Positions 53,366 to 64,000 of a stretch of 64,000 nucleotides of DNA are shown piece after piece. Source of the DNA: Paragordius varius (taxonomy: Eukaryota; Animalia; Nematomorpha); contig OZ176058.1 of assembly GCA_964247055.1 (NCBI GenBank), positions 3,286,001 to 3,350,000 on the forward strand. The letters run 5' to 3'. The position numbers and the translations under genes are program-made. Below the pieces are notes generated by a model. The model ran no database searches and was not told the DNA's origin. It saw only the letters and a list, made by a program, of their open reading frames with translations. Positions within the stretch are counted from its first letter, which is position 1; every line of letters starts with the position of its first letter.

Positions 53366-56300
53366 TTTGGCGAGATTAGAATTCATTTTGATAACAAGGG
53401 CAGTATTAAGATATGATGTTAATTAATAGTTGGCACGTTAAAATTATATATTAAACCGTGAGTAAAATTGAAGTAAAGATAATTTGATAGTAAATTTTTG
53501 CCTTATATACTTTTTGTTTTTTGCTTAAAAATCAACCAATTTTTGCATCTCAATGCATTACGAGGTCACTCTTTCATAATTAGGATTGAATTTGCTTAAC
53601 CAAAACAACAATAATTTGTGAATTGTAACATAATAAAGAATGTCTCAATGTAACAAAACATTAGATTTGACTATTAACTTTACGCTTAGTTTGTATTATC
53701 ATTAAAATTCACTTTTTATATAGGCTTTAAATTTGGGTATTTAAAAAAAATTTTTTAGGTGTTTTAAACTATAGTTTAAAAGCAGTTTGGCAAATAGGTT
53801 TTACATAATAATGTTTGTTTTAAATATTATTGAAAAGTATAACGAATAGTCAGTTAAAACCCAAAGTCATTTATATATATCCGAATACTTCAGTTAACCT
53901 ATTTAAGTTTTTACACTTGTAAGCGTTGAATTAGATTAATTTCTAAATTGTATTTTATAAAACACTAATTTTATCTAACTAAAATTATAGTTTAATGGCG
54001 GACAAAGCGATGTTTTAAGCCCTTTAACCAGCAAAGCCAATTAATGCGAAATTATCAATTTTTCTGCATGAAATATTAATCTTTAAGAACAATTTTGCGG
54101 TGATAATTTCCTTCAAAAAGCGGAAAATGATCGAATTGGCTTAAATGTTTTATGGTTTAAAAATTAATACAGGAATTTCGATAAAACCATATATTTATGG
54201 ACCTTTAAAATAATAATTTCCGTAAACTCATTATTAAAATAATTGCGAAACTATTGATAATAATAGTTCCTTTATTCCCTCTCTCTATAAGTATTTATTT
54301 TTATTCAAAATAAATAATCAACAAATTGGATAAAGGATGAAAAAAACCAATATTTTTCCTCGAAAAACGCCACATTTAGACCCCTATATTTTTTTCCATA
54401 AATTATATAATTACGATTGTAGAATACAGAACTGATTGTCAGCAATTTATATATCTAATAATGCAATGCTTTATTATTTAAATCTAAAATCATTTTACAA
54501 GTAGAGTGCGGTCTTAATGCTTTTTTTGCAATTTGATATAAAATTTAAATTTGCTGTAATTTTTGCAAAATGTGTCGTACAAAGTTACAAATCATTTGTC
54601 TGTATTATGCTGCCCCTTAAGAAAAGAATTTTTTTTAAACACAACTGGTTTAAGGAATGTTAGGGCCGAATAAAAGAGCCGGTTTATCAGATATGATGTA
54701 ATCTCAAGAAATTTATGGATAATAATTTAATTTTTTTTATCATTCCAATTAAGTGTTAATAGAAAACTTCTTATTATGATCATTGTCGTATAAAATAAAT
54801 TAAACCTATTACAACACGATAAAATGTGATTTTTTACTTGTTATAAAATTTTATCAATCAAGTAAATTAAGCATTTTGATTATTTGTTTGTATATATATA
54901 TATATATGGGTGATGTCATTATTAATTTTTTTGAAAAAAGAGGCAGTTTTATATTAAATTATAAATAAAAATTGCTAAAATTATCTCTGATTAATTACAG
55001 TATGACTAAGTATACATTGCTAGAAAGTTATTAATTTTTACCAAATAGTAAATATAACAAAGGGCAGTAATATTATTGGTTAATAATAGCAAAATGTGAA
55101 AAAAATAACTATAAAGCCAATAAAACTGCCCTTTGTTGTTTTTACTATTTGGCAATATTTACTAACTTTCTAGCAATGTATGCTTAATATTGTATTTTAA
55201 TTTCGATAATAGCTGGCTTATTTAAAACATATAAACATAACAAATATAATGATCATGAACTATATTAAAAGTCTCATTGAATATAAAAATATTAGAATGC
55301 GAATTATTGTGCAAAGATTTTTTATTTAAACTCTCAAACCAATTTTCATTTATACTTATACACTTTGTCTTCTCACAAAGGAATCTTTTTAGTAGCTGTG
55401 TTTAAATTTTTGGTTGATTCACCTATATAATTTCATATTTAAAAATTATTTTAAAAAAATATAATGATTATAATAAAATTTTAAAAATGACAAATTAGTC
55501 CATTATAAGATTATCTTTAAATGATTTCATTTTAAAAAACCATCAAATGATTACTTGCTTAAAAGTTATATTTCTACTATAGTATGCTTTTTAACGTTTT
55601 AGTTTAGCATACCATTTTTCAGTCATAACCAAAACTTTCTCCAAACGCAACATTTTTTTGAGCGACAACTAAAAAAATGCTGAGTCGGTTTAAAAATATG
55701 TTACGACTAAAAAATGATATATCATAATTATTATTCATAATATCGTGCTTTTAACTTTTGAATATATCATTATAAAATAATTTATTTTGAGAGCATTCGG
55801 CCTTTGGCAAAATATATGTTATTAATTTTTGGAATTTTTTGATATGGAGTAATATTGACCCTTGAATTTTTATTCAAGTATTTTATATCCCGATTTTGTG
55901 CATAGAAAGTTTTTTGGCAAAAAATTTAGCATTTAAAAAGTTGAGACTTAAAAAAGCGTCAAATGTAAAATTTTTTACGTAAGATTAATTTTAATTAGTA
56001 ATTTTAATATATTTTCAGCAATCGAATTTTTCGGCGGGTTCACGGAATAGATAAATTTAGCATATTTTTATATACATTTTACTTATATATGAGCAGAGTT
56101 CTAAAAATCACCCTCATTTGCCACCCGATTTCAATAGGTTAATTAGCCAAAAAATATCAAATAAACAGTTTATAGCATAAACAAAGGTTTTAATTACATA
56201 TAAAACCTAAATTATATACATAAATATTTTCCAAAGTAATTTTATCCATATTTTATATTTGTCAAGTGTGCATACACCACACTTGCAAAATCTTTAAGTT

Positions 56301-57537
56301 TCTTGATCATATAAATCTTTATCACCTCCAAATCAAGCTTTTTTTGCTTGACTTAAGTCGTTTAATCCTAATATTCTTATCACATGAAGGGTGGGGTGAG
56401 AAAAAAAACGCACCTGACTTGCAAATCAAGCGTGGCAAGCTGAGCAAGTTTACTTAATCCAACAAGTTTACACTTGATGATCAGTGACTTTAGTCAAGTC
56501 TTTTGCTTATGAATGTAACATTTTTTTGCCATCCAATTCGAATTTTAAGGAAATTATTTTAAAATTGCAAGTTGTTTCAAAGGGCATGTGCTCGGCTGTT
56601 GTTGGATATTCTACAAAAGAGAAAATTATAATTTTAATTTAGCTTGCCAGCTAACATTCAAATTGTGCTAAAACATTTATACATTTTGAAAGATGTAAAA
56701 TAACTGATTTTTTTATTCAATTCGCCAAAATATAGGATCTTAATTTTTATTTGGCATTTACATACCCTAAACAAATATTATTTTTCAGTAGTTCAAGAGC
56801 CATTTGTGGCCGCTATCGGAAAAAACTACGGGCTCCAATATTTTAAAATTTAAATACATTATATTTTTATTTTTATCATAAAGAGATCTTGTCAAATCAC
56901 TTTATTTCCCTTACGATTTAAGTTTGTGTTAGTTTGGTACCCCAGAAATCTATTAAATAAACTACCGTTATATTGGATTATTTGAACATATGTCCCTGAT
57001 ATATAAAACATTGATTAAAACAAACAGCTAATTTTAGAATCAATAAATACTATGAACTATTTAAAATTGTTTATTTACATTAATCATAATATACATATAT
57101 TTTACTGTAATATTTAGGATTGCACAAATATTGGCGGCAAAAAAATTTAAAAATAGATTTACGATTTTACTTTTAAATTTTTTGATTATGAGCATAAAAG
57201 GCTTAAGGTATATTTTTTAATTTTCTCGATATCTTCGACATAGTCCAATACAGACCTAAACCATAATGATTGTTGATAATAATATAATTTTGCATTATAT
57301 TAGTTTATCGCTTCGATTTTATAAACCGTAAAATGATTAAGGTAAACCAAAGAATCAATTAACAATGTGATAAAAAATATATTTTTTTATAACTAATTAA
57401 AATGAAGAAAAATTTTGTTATGTATTGTCATCTTGACAGTTCTTTATTAGTTAATTAAAATAAAAAATCAATTATTTTTAAAATGAACAGCTTACTTAGT
57501 ATATGTATGAAATCCAGTATGCTCTGATAACCACAAT

Positions 57538-60500
57538 ATGACTTCAACTCTACAGGTTTTAGCCTAATTTTTTAACTTTGATTTATTAGAAAGCTATTGA
57601 TTTGGTAAATAAAGCAACTGAGGAGGATAAAAACAAAAATTATGAGGAAGCTTTGCGCCTTTATCAATTTGCCGTCGAATATTTTTTGCACGCTATAAAA
57701 TGTAAGTGTCCCCATATTACAGTAAAATTGAAATTATACGGACGAAACGTTAAAAAAGATAAATATATTTTTCTAAAAGACAACCATACTTTATTAATCT
57801 TAATTTTTTTAATATAACTCTTAAACTACAAAGTATAATATAGCAATGTATATTAGAAACACTATCAATTAAGTATTTACGATTGTAATTCACTTATTTT
57901 AATAGGGTAAAATGAGGTTTAAAAAAACCATTGTCTTTAAGAAAATATTTGTTTTTATATTTTTAAGTTTTTACTGTCTGTATATTATGTGCGATATAAA
58001 AGATTTCAATATCTTTGTAAAAAATTAATGATCTATCAAAATTTTAAAGTGAAAATCTACCTTAAACTTATATCGATTGGTTATCGGCTTAATATATGAT
58101 TTTCAGCAAGAAATATGGAATTTACCCAATCGAATTTGTTTTTACAATATTATAACACGTTATTTTGATAAAAAAAATTTACAGTAGTTTGCCATATTAA
58201 ATTTTGTTACAAAACTTTTAATTGGGATAAAATATTGATCCAATTTGCTTTAATTTACCAAAATTTTACAGTTATAAGGTAGATAACAACATTTTCAAAT
58301 CTCACATTGTTCTATGCTAAGATTGGGTTTAAAATTTCTTTATAATCAAAAAATTTTATATTGTAAAAAATGTAATTTTTTTAAAATATTGCAAAAAATA
58401 TTTGCTTTTTATTTTTTTTATATATACCATTTACAATTTAATTTCACCCTTAAACAATTCAAATTCACCCTTGAACAATTCAAATTCACCCTTAAACAAT
58501 TCAAATTCACCCTAAAATAAATTATGTGTTTTTAAAGATAAAAAATTACCTATATTTTATATATTTTTAAAAAATAAAAAAAATATTACTGAAAAAATAA
58601 TAAACTATACCATAAGCATATATTTTATAGTAATGATGGGTTATATTAGTTCAAAAACACATAATTTATTTTTAGGGTGAATTTGAACAAGGGTGAATTT
58701 GAATTGTTCAAGGGTGAATTTGAACTGTAAATGGTATATTATTTTAATTTATATATATAAAGACGAAGCACAAAACGATAAATCTAAAGAAACTTTACGT
58801 TCCAAATGCAATGAATACTTGAATAGAGCGGAAAAGTTAAAACATTACATTGCTAAAAATAAAAATAGCCATGCTCATAAAAAACCCATCAAAGCTGGAG
58901 AAAATACCAATACTAGTTCTGCCAAAGAGTTAGTTTTTTGCATAATTTTTTTTAATTCAAATTAAACTTTTAAAAAAGGGGTTTATTTTTTCCAAGATTA
59001 TTTAAAAATGGAGTCAAAAAATATTTTTAAACCTATATTTTTTTCTACTAAATTATATATATACTATTTAGAGTTTAAATTCACTCTTGAACAATTCAAA
59101 TTCACCCTAATAATAAATTATATGTTTTCGAACTAACATAACTCATTAATATGAAATATATTTTCATGGGGCATAGTTTATTATTTTTTCAGGTATTTTT
59201 TTAATTACAAATAAGATTTCAAATTTTTAAAAATATAAAAAAATTCAGGTATTTTTTAATCTTTTAAAAAATATAATTTATTTTAGTTGTTCAGGGGTAT
59301 TTCGAGAAATAAAGACAGATTTTATAAAACCTATAGTACAGGGGTGGATGATATGCGGCCCTCTGAGACTTTGTGTGTGGTTCCCGAAAATCTGGATATT
59401 TATAAAATTTGTATAAATACGCTCATAAAATCTTAGTAAAATCAACATGATCTTAATTAGTTTTACTAATTTTGTCTATTATTCAATTGGAAAGAACAAC
59501 TAGAAAAAATAGTTTATTATATTTGTTTTCATTTTACAATCTTATATTTGCAAATCCCCCTAAAACAAATTACATATACCATTTAAACTTTCTATTTTCA
59601 CCCTTGAACAATTCAAATTTACCCTAAAATAAATTATGTATTTGCTAGTATAAAAATTATCTATATTTTTAGGATTAAATTTTAAAAATCAAATTTTGTT
59701 TAAAATAATACTGAAAACATAATAAATCAGAAAGATAAATTTTTTATTAATAAGGAGTTATATTTGTAAATGATATATATATAAAGTAAGTACAATTATA
59801 TATAAAAATATTAAAAACATAGACCTTAATTAAAGTCAATATATACCATATACACTTCAAATTCACCCTTGTATAATCCAAAATCGCCTTAAAAATAAAT
59901 TATTTGTTTTCGGGCAACTAATATAACTTATCTTTAATATATATTTTTTCTTTATAGCTTAGTTTACTATTTTTTCAGGTATTTTGTTAATTTTAAATGA
60001 AATTTCAAATTTTTTGAAAATATATAAAAATATAGGTAATTTTTAACTTTAAACACATAAATTTTAGGGTAAATTTAAATTGTTCAAGGGGGAATTTAAA
60101 TGTTTAAGGGTGTTGAATTGTTCGAGAGTAAATATGAACTGTAAATGGTATATTTCATATAAATGATGAGTTATATTAACCTGAACACACATAATGTATT
60201 TTCGAGGGTGAATTTGAATTGTTTAAGGGTGAATTTGAAATATTAAAAGGTGAATTCGAATTGTTTAAGGATGAATTTTAATTGTCTAAGGGTGAATTTG
60301 AAATTGTCAAGGGTGAATTTGAATTGTTTAAGGGTGAATTTGAACTCTAAATGGTATATAATGTATTTTTGAGGTGAATTTGAATGTGAATTATAAATTA
60401 TAAATGGTACATATATAAATTTTTTTTTATATTTTAAATATTTTAAATTTTTTTTTTCCAAAAATAAAAAATAGTAAACACAACAATAACAGTGATAAAA

Positions 60501-62589
60501 ATAGTGATGACGACGAGGATCCCGATAAGAAAAAGCTTATGAATCAATTACAAAGTAACTTTTTTTAATTTTTTAAAATTTTATTTTTTTAAATTTTTTA
60601 AACTTTTTAAACTTTTTTTTATTATTTTTTTTTTAGATTTTTTGGAATTTTTTAATTTTTTTAGAAAATTTATTATATATAGTATGTATGCATTTAACAC
60701 TTGGAGGATACAACACATTCATTTTATTCCTTCGATTCAAATAGGGGTACTTAAATACCCCAGACCTGTTTAAATATTAAATTCTTAAAAAACATGGAAG
60801 GAATCGAAACCATGGCAAAATTTTGCACTTATATAACATTAATCTAACCGTAATATGTAAAAAAAATTATTTAAAAATATTTGATATTATTTATTTTAAG
60901 CTAAAACCGAAAGGTAAAAATTTAGTCACAGTGATATGCGTGCAATGATAAAATTGAAAAATAATACAAAATAAACCGCTTTTTCTATTTCTATCAATGT
61001 TAGATGTAATTTAAATAAAAAATTAGCTTTAATTTTACCCTTCAAATTAAATGAAGACTATATTTTGCAAAAACTTTGTAAAATTAAAATGGCGTCCAAG
61101 TAGTTTGACATGGAATTTTTTTTTCAAAGCAAAATTTTATCAAGATATTTTGGCATATTTATAAATAATTTTTATTAGGATAGAAGAAATTATTGAGACC
61201 GTTTCTTTCAGTAGTTTTTTTAAAATCTTAACTCAAATTTAGTCTGAAGTATTTAGATACCCTAATTTGAATCGAAGTGTTAATGGTGGTTTATTTCACA
61301 CTATAGTAGGGAGCAATTTGCAACACAGGACAGTAGTGTATAGAAAAAACTACAAAATGTTGAATAAACTAATAGTTTCTTTCTTTTTTTCCATACACTA
61401 CTGTGTTAAGAATTGTTCCCTACTATAGTGTGAAATAAGCAACTATTAAAATACATAATGTAATAGAGTTTTATGAAATATTTAATAAATAATTTTTATT
61501 TCCTTGATTCTAATAATTTGAAATTTCTATTTTTTATATAACAATGAAATTTCAGATATAGTTTTTTTTGGAATTTAAAAATTGAAATAATATTTACAAT
61601 AAATTTGAAATTCTACGGGAGACAAAACGTAAAAATATACCATTTCCAAATTCAAATTCACCCTTGAATAATTTAAATTCACCCTAAAATAAATTATATG
61701 TTTTTCTCCAATAAAAATTATCTTTATTTTTTAATATTTTTTTAAATATGAAATATTGGTATAAATTATTATAATGTTGAAAAAATATTAAATTATGATG
61801 TAAAAATATATTTGATATTAATGATGAGTTATATTAGTTCGAAAACACGTAATTTATTTTTAGGGTGAATTTGAATTGTTTAAGGGTGAATTTGGAATTG
61901 TTCAAGGGTGAATTTGAATTGAAGGGTGAATTTGAGTTGTTCCAGAGTATGAATTTGAATTGTTTAAGGGTGAATTTGAATTGTTTGAGGGTGAATTTGA
62001 ATTGTTTGAGGGTGAATTTGAATTGTTTGAGGGTGAATTTGAAATGTTTAAGGGTGGATTTGAATTGTAAATGGTATATAAAGATAAAAATGTTTTTTTC
62101 TTTAAAGAATATCCTTATATTTTTAAAACCTTTTTAATTTATTCTATAAAAGTTATATCAATCGTAAAATACATAATTGATTGTGTTATTAATTTTCACC
62201 TCTATTTCTATACTTTGTAGTTTAAAACTTATATTTTAAAATGAAATAAAGAGATTAAAGTATGAGGAATTGTTTTTTATAGGAAAAATTTATTATTTGA
62301 CTTTATATTTTTACGTTTTCCATATTAATTGTATAAATTTTTGCTGTATTAATTTTTATGCAAAAAATCAAAATTATTACTTCAAAACTGAAAAATTTTA
62401 TTTAAAAAATTTTTTTTCACGCGTTTTTTAGATGCAATTTTAACCGAAAAACCCAATGTTAAATGGTCTGATATAATTGGTCTCGAGGGAGCTAAGGAAG
62501 CCCTTAAAGAGGCCGTTATTTTACCCATAAAATTTCCACACCTTTTCACGGATAATCGAAAACCTTGGAAAGGAATTTTACTTTTTGGG
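57538..62589 (+). CDS. VPS4: VPS4 AAA ATPase (ESCRT-III disassembly), 5' part; continues beyond the window
   Basis: Exons 57538-57555 (MTSTLQ), 57590-57701 ([40 protein letters not shown] domain), 58763-58928, 60475-60554, 62432-62589 ([48 protein letters not shown], just before Walker A). Phases 0,1,2,1 match. Confidence 0.96.
57720..57976. mobile_element. MITE family A copy in VPS4 intron 2
   Basis: Same TIR, starts 18 bp after the donor. Confidence 0.85.
59339..59560. mobile_element. hAT-like MITE end (CAGGGGTGG...TGCGGCCC)
   Basis: Terminal motif typical of hAT MITEs. Similar ends at 2410, 15405 (GGTTGGGAATCACTG) and 27819 (GGCCACCCCTG). Partner ends and 8-bp TSDs were not established. 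Confidence 0.5.
60698..61279. mobile_element. piggyBac-like MITE family H (TTAA TSD, CACTT...AAGTG ends, internal GGTATCTAAATACCCCAG inverted repeat)
   Basis: TTAA at 60694-60697 and 61280-61283. Related, oppositely oriented copies at about 6089-6608 and 11500-12005. Confidence 0.65.
61638..62076. mobile_element. MITE family B1 copy nested in a family A element, with expanded right-hand 21-bp array
   Basis: Removing TACC...GGTA plus one TA restores the family A sequence cgtaaaaatataaaga, which fixes the termini and the TA TSD. Confidence 0.85.
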
Positions 62590-62619
62590 GTATTTTTTTG
62601 CGATTTCAAAAAAAACTAA

Positions 62620-63700
62620 TTTTTTGGATTTGGTTTGAATTTGAATTTAATTATATAATTACAAAAAATGTGAGTTTTTTTGAAAATTTAGATTTTTGAA
62701 TAATTATGTCTTTTTTAAGGAGTTTTTTTATGTTTTTTGTTTTTTGAATATATGGTTTGAATTTGATTTTTACTTATGAAGTAAGCACGTTTTTTCTTGA
62801 AAAAGATTTGGATTTTAAAATAATTATGTCTTTTTTTAAATATAAAATGAATATGTCTTTTTTTAGAGAGTTTTTTTTTGATTTTGAAAAATTTTTTTTT
62901 GAATTTGATTTTTACTAAAATTGTAAGCACGTTTGTTTCCGAAAATTTAGATTTATGTCTTTTTTAAAAAAGTAATTTTTTTTGATTAAAAAATATTTTT
63001 GTTTTTGGAATTTGGTTTGAATTTGAATTTTACGAAAAAGGTGAGCACGTTTTTTAAAATTTAGTTTTGAAATAAATATTCTTTTTTAAATTTCAAAATA
63101 AATATGTCTTTTTTAAAAGAGTTTTTTTTATTTATGTTTTTGAATATATGGTTTAAAAAATTCAAATTTATTTTAATTACAAAAGTGTAAGCATGTTTTT
63201 TTCTTGAAAATTTAGATTTCAAAATAAATGTCTTTTTTTAAATTTTAAAATAAATATGTCTTTTTTTAAAGAGTTTTTTTTGTTTTTTGAATATATGGTT
63301 TGAAAATTTAAATTTATTTTAATTGCTAAAAATGTAAGCACGTTTTCTCCTGAAAATTTAGATTTTATATTAATATGTCTTTTTTAAAGAGTTTTTTTTA
63401 TTTTTGAATATTGGTTTGAGAATTTAAATTTATTCTAATTACGAAAAATGCAAGCACGATTCTTCTTGAAAATTTAGATTTTTGTCTTTTTTAAAGAGTT
63501 TTTTTTGTTTTTGAATTTGAATTTGAATTTATTATAATTACGAAAATGTAAGCACGTTTTTTTCCTGAAAATTTAAATTTTAACATAAATATGTCTTTTT
63601 TATATTTTAAAATAAATATGTCTTTTTTAAAAGTTTTTTTTTGAAGTTGGAGGTAAATTTTAATTTATTTTAATTACGAAAAATGTGTGCAGATTTTAAC
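62620..63700. repeat. Degenerate tandem repeat (about 100-150-bp units) in VPS4 intron 5
   Basis: Recurrent AAGCACGTTT...GAAAATTTAGATT...ATGTCTTTTTTAAAGAGTTTTTT blocks near 62783, 62926, 63044, 63190, 63338, 63454, 63550. Confidence 0.8.
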
Positions 63701-64000
63701 ATAAAAATGTCTTTCTAAACAAAAAAAATCTGGAAAATACAGTAAAAATTGAAATTTTACACACAAAACCTTGAAACTAAAAGTCAAAAATTTTTTAAGA
63801 GATAGCCATATATCTGTTTTTTATAAAATATAAGTTCTTGCTTGTTAGCACTCATCAGTACGACACAACTATATGACTTGACTTGGGGTTTTCACATATC
63901 GATTTCTTATATTTATCCAACTTTGCAATTTTTGTATAAATGCAGTCGTTATACGAAATATTAATCAAATTTAATTGACATTCATGAAAATTAAACTGAA

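Larger units (their letters stand above)
50569..54134. repeat. Head-to-tail segmental duplication (about 1.79 kb x 2) carrying the Gly/Tyr-rich gene
   Basis: AGAGTTGCCACGCGGATCCA at 50571 and 52361; CCTTCAAAAAGCGGAAAATGAT closes both units (about 52354 and 54131). Confidence 0.95.

Noticed and set aside
58314-62137. ORFs with LKQFKFT or LNCLRVN repeats (58314, 60243, 61865)
   Set aside because: Translations of B1 21-bp arrays inside VPS4 introns.
1-64000. rRNA, tRNA, terminators or prokaryotic/phage systems; remaining short AT-rich ORFs
   Set aside because: No such signatures were seen; the short ORFs are Phe/Ile/Lys/Tyr-rich chance frames, mostly within MITEs.

Overview
Very AT-rich eukaryotic (animal) genomic DNA with spliceosomal introns, so the ORF track shows only exon fragments. 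I could not identify the species. Exons were joined by hand using GT/AG sites and phase matching. Six protein-coding genes result. (1) An 8-exon FAX/metaxin-like GST-fold gene (+, 2637-12172) with an unusual 212-aa N-terminal extension. (2) GATAD2/p66, a NuRD subunit (-, 18779-23522), whose GATA finger is split by a long insert. (3) A 6-exon secreted 708-aa protein with two Lustrin/WR1 cysteine domains and an unrecognised C-terminus (-, 36139-48059). (4,5) Two tandem-duplicated secreted Gly/Tyr-rich peptide genes (-, 50941-51586 and 52707-53365). (6) The 5' part of VPS4 (+, from 57538). Introns and intergenic DNA are filled with nested non-autonomous DNA transposons. These include TA-flanked CAGT-ended MITE families, a TACC-ended group carrying 21-bp subterminal arrays, a TTAA piggyBac-like family and hAT-like ends. 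There is also a decayed mariner transposase, a probable decayed LINE reverse transcriptase, an 82-bp satellite and a 1.2-kb foldback. No rRNA, tRNA or CRISPR was found. The most promising leads are the co-oriented secreted cluster (Lustrin protein plus Gly/Tyr peptides), the extended FAX protein, the split GATA finger and the 21-bp-array transposon group.
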